DNA of 62,914 nt, the filler included, from Rhabdomonas costata (Eukaryota): the NCBI GenBank assembly GCA_019059605.1. It is 54 parts of 54 records of this genome, joined end to end, with 100 filler letters (N's around TTAATTAATTAA, not from the genome) between each part and the next. Parts side by side here need not be neighbours in the genome. Positions count along the whole stretch, not along the records: positions 10,515 to 11,580 come from JAHMHO010030370.1; positions 11,681 to 12,747 come from JAHMHO010030371.1; positions 12,848 to 13,913 come from JAHMHO010030372.1; positions 14,014 to 15,080 come from JAHMHO010030373.1; positions 15,181 to 16,241 come from JAHMHO010030374.1; positions 16,342 to 17,408 come from JAHMHO010030375.1; positions 17,509 to 18,575 come from JAHMHO010030376.1; positions 18,676 to 19,742 come from JAHMHO010030377.1; 46 more parts are not named here. One strand, given 5' to 3'. Under the pieces are notes generated by a model that saw nothing but the letters and a program-made list of their open reading frames with translations, made no database searches and was not told where the DNA came from. This document shows, one piece after another, positions 11,516-23,174 of this stretch. Each line of letters begins with the position of its first letter. Position 1 is the first letter of the stretch. A program made the position numbers and the translations under genes.

Positions 11516-13086
11516 CTGGGAAAGACCACCCGACCACCCCGCACCCAAACCAAGATCCAAACACGAGAACCAAAACCAACNNNNNNNNNNNNNNNNNNNN
11601 NNNNNNNNNNNNNNNNNNNNNNNNTTAATTAATTAANNNNNNNNNNNNNNNNNNNNNNNNNNNNNNNNNNNNNNNNNNNNGGTGGGTGGGTAGTGCCGAT
11701 ACGCAAAAGTAAAAAGCAAGTAGGGTGGGGTCGATAGGCCCAGGCCCAAAGAGGTGTGTCGTGTCTGAACATGATGGTGGCTGATCTTTTTTTAATTTCT
11801 CATGGGCTGCCTTGGAGCGTTGTCGAGGGGTGTTTGTAAGTTCTGGGTGTGATGGTAGTTGTGTTGGCTTAGGAGGGAGAAGCATCAGAGGGCTTTGCCC
11901 TCGTTTTTCTCCCTTTGGCTCGGCTCCAACTTTGCGGTGTGGTGTGCGACACGAAGAGGAGGCATATGCTTGTTAGTGTGTCGCTACGCACACCCACACC
12001 CACCTCAGCCGCCTTGCGTTCGTGCGCTTCCTTCGGTGGTGGTGGTGGTTGGGATTGTAAGCCAACATGTTCTCCAAGTTGGTGCTGAGAGAATCGAAAT
12101 GTACATTGGCCACACTTTTGGACGATACCCTTCCAGATACACGGAATGCATCCCCCACCACCGAATAGCATTTGCGGGATTTGCAGAAAGGCAAAGCAAA
12201 TCGCATGTGCGCCGGGGGGCGATTGAACACAAATGAGTTGGGAAGAACTTCAACGCCCTTCCCAATGCCGACCCCGCTGTGCGTGAAACAGTATTGGAAC
12301 CTCCTGCTGCTTCCACGTTCACAGGCAGGCAGAGAAGGAAGGTAAGAAGTTGAAGGGAAGGCGAACCAAGCTGGCGTTCCCGTGGGTCGGCAGGTTCGTC
12401 AGTTGCACCGGTCGTGTGCTGCAATGGGATACCATGTGGGGGGATTTTTCTCAGTGCTGCCCTTTTGTTGCTGTCTTTAGTTTCTTTGTCTTTCCCTCTC
12501 CACTGTGTTGTAGGTCGCGCTTCACTTTCTCAATCTCTCTCTCTCTTCCGCCATCCCACTCCCCTCTCGAGAATCGGGCCTTGTCTTCTCCGCTACCCCT
12601 GAAAACCGCTGACCTCAGCAATGGTCCAGCGGCTTTAGACCTGTGCTGCTTTCGGGGGACGTTTGTGATAGAAAGCAAGGCAAGACAGCAATGCGCAGGC
12701 TCCACTCCCCCAAGCGGGCCCACCCGGCTCCCGCGCCCACACCAACCNNNNNNNNNNNNNNNNNNNNNNNNNNNNNNNNNNNNNNNNNNNNTTAATTAAT
12801 TAANNNNNNNNNNNNNNNNNNNNNNNNNNNNNNNNNNNNNNNNNNNNTGTTTGTTTTTATAAACGTCATGAAGACCATGCGGGCCCATCATTGAGGTGGT
12901 GACTCCCTTTTGTTTGCCTTTTGTTTATTTTGTCACCTGGTCTGGAGGAGTTTTCATATTTTTTCCGCTCCTTGTTGCTCTCTTCCTCTCCCTCCAAACA
13001 CCAGCCTGCGTTTAGGTTTGCTGTGCACTGTCCGTTAAAGCGGTGTTAAAATCCCCCCCCCCCTCGCTCAATCCTTGTCATCACAG

Positions 13087-13836
13087 GATATGGTGAAAAC
13101 TGTGCAGGCAGTGCTGTCCTCGGGCGGGGCTGTGTTTGTGCCGGTCTCCCCCTTCGGCATCGTCTACGACCTCCTGGAGATGTTCAGGTGCGCTCGCCCG
13201 CCCGCCTCATGGACAGAGAGGATCGGGGGCGGGGGCTTATGTTCCGGAACGGTTTTTAGGAGCTTCCTATTTGGCATGCCATGTGAGATATGTGAAAAGA
13301 TGAAAATTTCGATAATAAGTAGCACAGAAGCAAGCGTATCTACAGGTATACAAACCTGTAGCGTGCTTTGTTCATTTTTCCATTTATCCATTTTTTCAGA
13401 TAGGTGTCATCGTGTTTCATCCCCGACGCCCACTTTTCTTGAACAGCGAACGCCACACCAGAAAATTGGGATGTCTGGCAATCCGACCTGAGATGTGGGT
13501 GGGTGGACACGTGTTCAGGCCTTCTCGCTCTCGTCTGTTTTCCGCTTCCTAGTCAGTTCACACAAGACGCTAGTCTCTGCGCGTGTGGCCTAATCCAAAC
13601 ATTTGAGTGGGATATGCACACCTTCTCGGATTCCGATAAACGTGCATGCAACGCTGAATTCCACTCCACCGCGGCGCTGAGTTGTTTCACTGTGTTGTCT
13701 TACGCCTGTCAACAAACCAAATACCAGGGTGAGGCTTCCCTCTGCCACTCTGGTGCTGATCTCCCTGGCGGCAGAGTTTTGCATGGCGTACGCCAACGTT
13801 GCCGCGGAGTGGCTGTGCGAAACGCGCCAGGAAAAG
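13087..13836 (+). CDS. INTS9: Integrator complex subunit 9 (beta-CASP), two exons
   Basis: Exons 13087-13187 (GGAVFVPVSPFGIVYDLLE) and 13728-13836 (LISLAAEFCMAYANVAAEWLCETRQEK) join in phase across a GT-AG intron. They match the INTS9 motifs GGNVLVPCYPSGVIYDLLE and AEWLCxxKQxKV. Confidence 0.87.
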
Positions 13837-14208
13837 GTCTGCACCTCTCCACTCCCCCCTTCTCGTCCAAGGTACATTCTATTATTCTTTATTCAAAATT
13901 CGGAAACCCCAACNNNNNNNNNNNNNNNNNNNNNNNNNNNNNNNNNNNNNNNNNNNNTTAATTAATTAANNNNNNNNNNNNNNNNNNNNNNNNNNNNNNN
14001 NNNNNNNNNNNNNACCAGTGGTTTGGATAGGACCCAAACTCAGGAGTTGCAAGTGGAAGAGAATCTCTCCCGTGTATGCAACGATGAAGAAACCTAGGGA
14101 GGGCTAGCAACTTTTCAAGCGGGCTCTAAGATGGGAGGAGCTCTCGACGCACCCGCGCTTGGTTTGTGGGTGTGTGCTGCCCTTTTATTTCGCTATGGGG
14201 GTGTGCAG

Positions 14209-14875
14209 GCAACTGGCGCCGTTTTTCAGCTCAGACTGCTGCAGCTACAAGGTTTGTCTCTCCTCTCACTTCTTTCACTCTTCGTTGTAGTTCTTCCTGA
14301 TGCCGTTCATTGCTGTGATGTGATGCTCATGAACCCACCCGTCAGCGCCACCACCCTGTCACGCAATGCGGGTAGAGCAGATCCGCACACATCCCAGAGC
14401 AGGCGCGAGTGCATGGGACTTGACGCCCGTCTTCTTCTTAGTTTTCGCTGTTTTTTGTCTTCGTGGTCTCCGTTTTCAGCAATGGTGGACCAACAACACA
14501 CGCAAATGTCCGGAAACGGAAATGGTGAAGAAAGAAAACGGGGCACCTTGACAACGGGGCACCCTACTGGTAATTTTGCACATCGAACGTGGTACATGAA
14601 TAATCACAGCGCGGCGAAATGCTCGACGAAGTAAACTCTGCACGACTGTCAGTGGGGGGATCCACACACTCTACGGGCACCGACTCATGTGTCTGTACAC
14701 ACCTCCACCTACACACGCACACAGGTACAGCGCGGGAAGGAATCGACGGGTCGTGTAGTGGTGTACCGGCAGCTTGGGCTGCGGGTGAGCTACACCGTGG
14801 AGGCTTCTCTATGCGGGGGCCAGGGCGCAGCCTTCACCCCGGCCCTGGCCGCGGCCCACTCCACTTCGGGCTCAG
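14209..14875 (+). CDS. Cytosolic carboxypeptidase (CCP/AGBL tubulin deglutamylase, M14), partial
   Basis: Exons 14209-14251 (QLAPFFSSDCCSYK) and 14725-14875 (VQRGKESTGRVVVYRQLGLRVSYTVEASLCG) match the CCP motif KESTARVVVWRxxGxxxSYTxExxxCG. Confidence 0.9.
14281..14465 (+). repeat. Dispersed repeat family A, copy 1 (inside the CCP intron)
   Basis: Collinear similarity to 29679-29955 (TTCTTCCNGATGCCGTTCAT...TGATGCTCATG...GTAGAGCAGATCC...CAGGCGCGA...CTTGACGCCC). Confidence 0.85.
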
Positions 14876-15646
14876 GTTTGCGGGCGGTCGAGGGAGGGAC
14901 CTCCCACTGCAGATTCTCTCTGCTTCGCTGACTCACGGGGCTGTTTCTATCTCACTCGTCGCAAATGGGAACAGCCAGACTGCCAAAGAATGACAGAATG
15001 GTCCACATCCGCCTTTACTCCTCCGCCAATCGTCACAGGTACGGCTCTTAGCCCTGGTTGGTTCGCTACCCCCCCCAACCNNNNNNNNNNNNNNNNNNNN
15101 NNNNNNNNNNNNNNNNNNNNNNNNTTAATTAATTAANNNNNNNNNNNNNNNNNNNNNNNNNNNNNNNNNNNNNNNNNNNNGTTGTGGGTGTCCTGCACGC
15201 CGGTGTGCCAGCAACGATTTTTATGTGTTTTATACGTTTTAGTGCTCTCTCCTTTTTTTAACGTCTCAAGATAAGAAAATCACTTGGTCATGTTCTTAAT
15301 GTATTGAATAGTATAGCTTAGTTCGTGGCAAACTCCCCATTTGACTTTCAAATCCAAAATACAGCAGCAGTACAGACTGGGGGGGGGGGAGGGGGGGGGA
15401 GGGGTGACGAGTGGAACACGGCAAATTCAGCAAGGCACGGCAAGAAGATGCACTCTTGGGCAACGCAAAGCTTAAAAGAAGACGCAAAGCAAGCAGGCAT
15501 TCATCCAAGTGAAGGAACAAACAGAACAAATGAAATGGTAAAGTGCTGCGGGGCGAGAGAACATCATCTCCCTGTCGTGCCGTTGATTATTTTGAGAGAG
15601 GGAGGGGGAGAAGCTGACTCGGGCCCCGCCCCTATCCCACTCATAC

Positions 15647-16177
15647 CTCTTCGGCAAGAGGGTCCTCCTCTTCGTCTGGGGCTGCTGGGGCGGCTTCGGC
15701 CTCGGCGTCAGAGGAGGAAGAGGAGGAAGAGGAGGGTGGCGGGGCACTCAGCTTGATGTCCTTTCCCCCGGCGGCGAGGTGGAGGCCCCAGATGATGTGA
15801 TAGAGCTCTCGGAGCTCCTCCACAATTAGGTCATTCCGCTGCATCCGAGACTGGTCGACCTGTGGAGGAGAACCAAAGAAGACTTGCAACTGAAGTGGTT
15901 TTGGCAGTTTGGTTCTCTGCTTTTCATCAAGCAGCATGCTATTTGGCTATTTGTGGCTTATTGTTTTGGGGGCAGACGTCAGCAGGCCCGCCGCAGAAGC
16001 CAGCCCCGCGGCGCTGCCGAAGCTGATGGACAGGGATGTGATGAGGCCTCCTCGACTCTCGAGGGATGACAATCGAGCCCACCCCACACCTTGTCGGTGT
16101 ACTCCGAAACATAGAGAGCGGCGACCAGGAGGTTGTACAGCTGCCTCTCTTTCGCGCTGAGCCTCAGAGGAAGAAAC
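15647..16177 (-). CDS. UPF0652 / DUF2009-family protein, two exons
   Basis: Exon 16177-16090 (FLPLRLSAKERQLYNLLVAALYVSEYTDK) and exon 15859-15647 (VDQSRM...ELYHIIWGL) match the family motif IPLRLxxxERxxLxLLEAALxVSEYTDKVD. Confidence 0.8.
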
Positions 16178-17508
16178 CTTTGCCGCACGCCCCAAAGAGA
16201 GAGAGAGACGCCGAACGTGAAGCAGAAGTGTACCCAACAAANNNNNNNNNNNNNNNNNNNNNNNNNNNNNNNNNNNNNNNNNNNNTTAATTAATTAANNN
16301 NNNNNNNNNNNNNNNNNNNNNNNNNNNNNNNNNNNNNNNNNTGTGGGGGGTGGGGAAGCGGTGCGGCAGGTTGTGGCATTGCCTAATTCCAAGCCGATGA
16401 GTGATGCTCCTAACGGCAAATTTCAAGCACAGACAAAAACACATAGAAGAGCACTTTAACACCATACCAGTTCGGAAAAAAGTGGTTCACAAACATAAAC
16501 TTAAAACTTAGTCTCTTGGCTGCGCTGCTGTCCGGCTGTCTGGCTGTCGAAGCGGGCAAGTGCGTCTGCGGTTGTCGAGTTGTGGGGGCAGGTCGCATTT
16601 GCGGCAGCTTTCAAAACGGCAAGAAGATATTACCATGAAACGGTCAGAAAGCTCCGGCACCGCAGTTAAAATGTTAAAAGGGCATGAGATGCACATCTAC
16701 AAGGAGGAGCGTGTCGAAAGTGGAAAATAATGCCGAAAATCTAAACGAAAGGGATGACAGTCGAGCCTTCCTGGCACATTCAGTGAAAACGACATTGATG
16801 ACAAAGTTCCCCTTCCGTGTGTGGAACAGAAAACCAGGCAATCGAACAACAATATAGAGGGCAGGAGTTCAAACGTGTCGACACAACAAGGATTTCCATC
16901 ATCCGGCAGAGGAAGAGAAACCCAGGAAAGAGAGAATCATGTGAGAGGTGGAGGAAGTCGAAATAAGAGAGGAGGAGAAGGAGAGGAGGATGGTGCGGAA
17001 ACCGCGTTTCGTCACCAAACCCGGTTTCCTCAATTTTGGTTCTTCAAGTTTCTAATTACTCAAAATAAACATATCCATAAGAACTTAAGAACAGCACTCT
17101 GTATGCGCGTCTGCGTGCCATGTCTGTTGGTTTGCTTGTGTTCGATTTTGTGCCACAAACTCATAATTCCAGCACTTTACTGCGAGTGGTGAGCTAGCAA
17201 TGCGGATCCTTATGCAAACAACACCCCAAATCGACAAATGATTGGGGAGGCGATCCGGAAAAGCAGCTCAATTGCTTTAGAGGGCAGGCAAAAAAAATTT
17301 TTTTTTGAATTTTTGAGTCTTATGAAGCTGCCAAAAGGCGGAGGCCATTCTGAACACGGGCAGCAATTTTTAGAGAGAGAAAGGGGGAACCACAAAACCA
17401 CCACCCACNNNNNNNNNNNNNNNNNNNNNNNNNNNNNNNNNNNNNNNNNNNNTTAATTAATTAANNNNNNNNNNNNNNNNNNNNNNNNNNNNNNNNNNNN
17501 NNNNNNNN

Positions 17509-18357
17509 GGTGGGGGGTTGCACAGTTCGCCCGGATTCTGGCCCAGGCCGGGATGCGGGTTGCGATCACTGCTCGCCGCACGGACCGCCTGCAGAGCCTA
17601 GTGACTGAGCTTGAGGCCATGCAGCCCGCGGAGCTGAAGGACACCCCCGGCCGCCGGGCCCTCGCCGTGGAGATGGACGTGATGCGGGAGGTTTCTTTAT
17701 TTTAGTGTCCTTCTACGATACTCCCGCACTTCTTAGGTCCCAGGTGGCGCTTGGATTGAGCGGGGTAACGACTGGCCTTCATACAGAGCAGATCGCATCG
17801 GGAATTCTTGATGGGAAGGTGGCAACGAGGATTTATCGCCAGCATTCACAGCACATCTGAACCTGCATGAATCTGCATGAACTGGGTCGCCTTCTTTATT
17901 CATGAATTGTCAAATAGCTCTGAGATTAGCTTCCTTATTTCACTTAATGTCACGCCACCCGCTAGCCCGATGTCGTCTCCATCCAACGGTCCTCCGGTTT
18001 GCCTGCCTGTTCTGGGGTGGATCATTAAAATAGCCCCTAGAGAATCCTATAACGAAGTGTAAATCTGGCACTAGTTTTCATTGTTTAATTTTCACATTCT
18101 TTCGAGTCCTTGGTTGATTTTGTACTGTACACACCCTGTGTTGCGTTTTTGGTTAGGACAGCGTGGTGAAGGCTATGGACAAGATCTTCGCGGATTTGGG
18201 GACCCCCGCGGTTCTAGTCAACAACGCTGGGGTCGCCGTGGAAAAGCCCGCGCTGCAGGTCACCGCGGAGGACTGGGACCTTGTGATGGGCACCAACCTC
18301 CGCGGCGTGTGGCTGGTCAGCCAGGCCACCGTGCGCAAGCTGGTCGCCGCCCAGAAG
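17509..18357 (+). CDS. Short-chain dehydrogenase/reductase (FabG-like), two exons
   Basis: Exon ending at 17690 (FARILAQAGMRVAITARRTDRL...AVEMDV) and exon 18157-18357 (VLVNNAGV...DWDLVMGTNLRGVWLVSQA) carry the classical SDR NNAG motif. Confidence 0.93.
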
Positions 18358-21300
18358 GCAATCCATGTGCCCTCGCTGCTTGGGAAGACGGAGAGAGTGG
18401 GGTTCTTTGGCAAATGCAATTCGCCCGCTTCCTTACAGATTTGATTCTGCCTTCCCATTTGTCAGTCTCACCCCTTCTTGTCGTTGACGATCTGTGGACA
18501 GTGGACAATTCTGTAACGCTGCTATCCTGTTTGTCAACTTGGAAAGGACACCCCTCCATTTACACACCCACCCACNNNNNNNNNNNNNNNNNNNNNNNNN
18601 NNNNNNNNNNNNNNNNNNNTTAATTAATTAANNNNNNNNNNNNNNNNNNNNNNNNNNNNNNNNNNNNNNNNNNNNTTATTATCTCATCTCCTACTGTGAA
18701 CGCCCGAGCAATCACCCACCAGAAGACGTCGTGGGCAATAAAAAGAGAAACCCCGGCGCTTCCCGCCGGAGCTACGTGTCGTGGGGCCAATTGCGTCAGC
18801 AAAAGTCTGGAAACACCAGCTGAGGCACATAGCTCTTGTCCCAACTCCAACACCGCGGAGCAGAGAGTTCCCATGTCAGCGAGGCAGCCCCAGCTCGACT
18901 TCCAACTATGTTCCAGTTGCGGGCTCTTCCTGAACAGCCGCGGCTGCCCGGCATGCCAGGGACAAGGGCACGCGCAGCAGACATTAGCGCGGACTAATCA
19001 CGGGTGACGGCCGGTGGAGGGCGTGGCCTCCTCCATTTCATCGGAGCCGATCGGAACCGATTGCAGTTTGACGGAGGTGCTGACCACGTTCCTGCCACAG
19101 GTTCCCCATGTCCTCAAGTCGACTGGTCACCGAAGTGCTTGAGGCGTTTGCCTCCTAACTTACTGATTGACCTTGTGCAAGCTCTTCATCCTTGCGAAGG
19201 CGGAAGGAGGTTCTTCTTCCTGTTGGTTACGGAGGGAAGCGAGGCAAAGCATAGACACTGCAGCAGGTTCTTCGGCGTATTGAACATTTTCACAAAGAAT
19301 ATTTTTGCGCTTTTGTGGGAGGCAGCGCAACAGGCAGCTTCTCGGAGTTCGCCCTCACATTCAGGCATGCGCACACCTCCCTTCTTTCTCTTCCAGATGC
19401 ATGCCCCCGCCCCCTCCAATGAACACCACAATTGGAGGCCCTGCTATAAAAATCCAAAATTTATAGCGATGGCAACACTATCAAAATTTAATGAAAAATT
19501 CATAGCTTTGCAAAAAAAAAGTGCTGCCGGAACACGAGCACCGCCCCAACCCTTTTCGGAGATAGCTTCTATACTACTATAGTGCACAAAAAGTCCATTC
19601 ACGTATTTCCCCACGTTTATCCGTTCCAATAATCGTCGACACGAATCCTTCACAATAGAAAATTCACCTCCTGCCCAACATCAATCTAAAAAATTGAAGA
19701 ATAAGAAGAAACCTTCCAAATGTACTCATGTTACACAAAACCNNNNNNNNNNNNNNNNNNNNNNNNNNNNNNNNNNNNNNNNNNNNTTAATTAATTAANN
19801 NNNNNNNNNNNNNNNNNNNNNNNNNNNNNNNNNNNNNNNNNNTGTGTTGGGTGTGGGTGGGGGGGGTGTGGGTTAGCGTGTCGTCTCGCGTCCCCGCTTC
19901 GGCCGCTTTCCCTCTGTCATACTAGCTGGTGGAACGTTTGCTTGCTGCAGCTCGAATCTCCACGCAGTGTCCTGCCATTTTACTAGATATTCGTAACGTC
20001 AGTACTAGATTTCTTTTGAGCGTGGACTGTCATTGATATTCGATGCGGTCCCGAGTAGTGGGGTTGTCTTAATATGCAGCGTCGCACCATGCTTTCTCCT
20101 GCAACCATACTAATTAGGGGCTCAAGGGTTTCTTGTTTTGCGTCCATGCATTATTAAATGCGTTGTCTTGCCCGACTGAGTACCATGATGGCCAGTTCTC
20201 ACCAAACTGCAGCAAGGACAAACAAAAACACAGATTCGTTAGTGCCCGTGTACTGCTTTTACTTTGGCTGTTTGCGAAGTCCCATGGTCTTTTTCCTTGG
20301 GGCAAGGGTCCCCCACGCGTTTTTGTAGCCCACCTACACGTGTCTTTGTAGCTCTTTGTCACTTCTCGGTTGGGGGACTCTAGCAGCCCCCCCTGACTTT
20401 GGGGCGACTATTAGCCAACGAGCGCGCTCCCTTCAGGCAACGGCAGTCGCCGCGGCAGTGGGAGAGGCCGGCTGAGTTGGCAACCACTGTGTCATTTATG
20501 TGCCTTGCGTTGATTGCCCTGCGTTTTTTTGCCCTTCTTTGCCTTTTGTGTTGTGGGGGCCTGCGAAACGCGCCGTTCTGCTGTACGGGCTGACATTGTG
20601 CGGCTGCTTCTGGCTGCTATGTAAGAAATCGACTCTGTGCGTGCTGTGTTTTTCTGGACACTGGTCCAATCTGAGCTCGGGGGCAATGTTGGTGCACAGG
20701 ATATCTGCGAACGCATCGGGTCAAATTTTGTTTCAAATTTTGTGTCAAATTTTGGCAGTGTTAGCTTCGGTTGCGATGTATCCAACACGTTTCCATTTTA
20801 GAAGGGATTGCAAGCCCAACACATATAGCGTTGAAAGGCGCGCCAGAAGCGAAATGCACAGGGACTTCACTTCACCTATTAAAAATATACCTTTCCCCCC
20901 CCCAAAAACNNNNNNNNNNNNNNNNNNNNNNNNNNNNNNNNNNNNNNNNNNNNTTAATTAATTAANNNNNNNNNNNNNNNNNNNNNNNNNNNNNNNNNNN
21001 NNNNNNNNNGTTGCTCAGCGAGTGCTTTGGGGTACCTGGGTGCTAGTGGAGTAGCAGGCCGTTGTAGTGGGTGTAGGCACAGCGGTATGTCCAGCATCAC
21101 ATCTTGGGCGTAGGTGTAACAACCTTGTAAGCCCTGTGGTGTGATGTGTGTGGTGCTGCCAATTAGATTGCGTGTTACCCTCACGCTATGGTGAGTGTAG
21201 AAACTACGTAAACCCAGGTGTGTGGAGTTGGCGCTGTGGTCATGGCATCAGTGAAGGGGTGGTGGTGTTGGCATCCATCGCTGAGCGAGGGCCCAGTGCA

Positions 21301-22181
21301 AGTTGGCCTAGCGACATGGTGATGGCTACTGAGTGATGGTTGCAATGCCAATACCTTGGCAGATGTGGCACGTCGAACTGAAGGTCGAAGTAGAAATATC
21401 CTCTGCCTGGGTACCCCTCGACATCCCTCCCTCATGACATGCAACCTCCAGTGGTAAGCATGCCTGATGTTGGAATACCTGCTTCTAAGGTGGGCTAATA
21501 GTGATGATGTTGATGTCACTCCAACGCAAGAGACGGAGGGGAAGCATACATGTAAGAATACCGCTAATGAGGAGGGCCCCGAGGGGACCCGACAAGTAAG
21601 ATGCCTAACGGCTGCTGCTGGCGACGTCTGCGCATACCCTTGACTGATGATCATAGAGGGAAACTTGAAAGAAAAACACGGAGAACACGCGCCATGGTTG
21701 TGGTGTGATTTCAAAGGGGGCAAAGGCAACAATTGAACCCGGAAGACAAGGTGAGGAACACGGATATCAGAAGGGTAACAAATGATGGAAGGGGGGAGGC
21801 GGGCCTGTGTGATCAGTGCCACGTGGGGTTAACCACAAAAACGACCGGAAGGACGAAGAAAGAGGAGAGGTGCACAATGGTTTGTCCGGCAGTTGGACAA
21901 GAGGGCGAAAACTTTCACAGTTAGAAACTTTTTACAAAATCAGTGCACGCTATTCACAACCCACCCACCCTGGCAACGTATAAGTCTATAAGCCTATAAG
22001 CCCATAAGTCTAGGTCGTCTAGCACAACTCCCCGACTCAGCTGCCTCCCCAACGCTTTTGCCAGGCCCACCAAAACNNNNNNNNNNNNNNNNNNNNNNNN
22101 NNNNNNNNNNNNNNNNNNNNTTAATTAATTAANNNNNNNNNNNNNNNNNNNNNNNNNNNNNNNNNNNNNNNNNNNNGTGTG

Positions 22182-22365
22182 GTGTGGAGAATAATTCTTT
22201 CTAGTAGTATGCGCTGCTGTAAGGAGCATAGCAGTGGCAAAGCGCCCAAGAGGTTGTTATGGTGGTGGCATAGAGTTTGGACCGCAGTAACAACCTCTTG
22301 GGCGCTTTGCCACTGCTATGCTCCTTACAGCAGCGCATACTACTAGAAAGAATTATTCTCCACAC
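22182..22365. repeat. Perfect 78-bp inverted repeat at contig start (probable fold-back artefact)
   Basis: 22182-22259 is the reverse complement of 22288-22365, and the outer arm abuts the contig end. Confidence 0.9.
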
Positions 22366-22422
22366 GGCAGCAGAACAGCTACAACCAAGCAAACAGAGTT
22401 GGCAGAAGGGGGCATACTACAC

Positions 22423-23174
22423 GGCCTCCAGAGTCAACGTGTCATTCGGAGTGAAGGCGTACAAGTAAAGGTTGTGGTTGCGGTAGTATCTACGCAAAAA
22501 GCGAAACAGGCGAATGGATGCCTGCCACAGAAAGTAAGTGACAACCCAAGTGCAGCAAGCACCCCTGTTGTACGAAAAAAAAAGCCAGGATGCCACTGAA
22601 ATGAATATGGCGCATCAGACAGGCAGGACGGGACGCAGGCAAGCAGGGCCCCCTATCAGGTCTCAGCGGCACGAAGCATCGTGTGGCACACGTTTCCATG
22701 ACGTAGTGGTTGATGGCTTCAATATCCGCCAAAGAGAAAATCGCCACGGAGAACGGGGGCCGATGGACACTGTGGGCCACGATGTACTCCTGGAAGATGG
22801 CAAAGCTGGCCGTGTTGGTGCACTTCCCGTCTGCGCAGGAAAAAATGGGGCGGGCTCCTTCCCCTATACCACTTCAATTCTCTCATCCCACTGCAAGTGA
22901 AAAGTGCGATGGTGAATGCCCTAATTTGAGCAATCGAGCAGAGCCGAGTTTATAATTCCCAAGGGTTGTCACCAAATCACGTGAACCCATTTAAACGAGG
23001 AAATGAATCTCTCTAAGACGGAAAGAAACTTCAGCTCGAGATTCATTCACAAAAATTGAGCACAGCAGCTGCAACAATTCAAAACTAGTACCCATGGATT
23101 TCTTGTGCGTCCAGTACATAATCGAGAACAAGGTGGAGGTCCTCTCCGCATCGAACATAGCTTCAGAGCAGAAC
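22423..23174 (-). CDS. CABCOCO1: Flagellar C1a-32 / CABCOCO1-like protein, three exons
   Basis: Exons 23174-23092, 22830-22692 and 22489-22423 splice in phase to ...TSTLFSIM...AHSVHRPPFSVAIFSLADIEAINHYVMETYYRNHNLYLYAFTP. This matches the family motif HSVxRPPxSxxIF...TYxRHxxLYxYxFT. Confidence 0.8.

Noticed and set aside
21181-21822. 213-aa minus-strand ORF
   Set aside because: No recognisable motif, codon bias or splice structure. It may be a decayed repeat, but I cannot support that.
8629-23174. Apparent clustering of tubulin-modifying and flagellar genes (TTLL, CCP, CABCOCO1)
   Set aside because: They lie on separate contigs joined artificially, so no linkage can be inferred.
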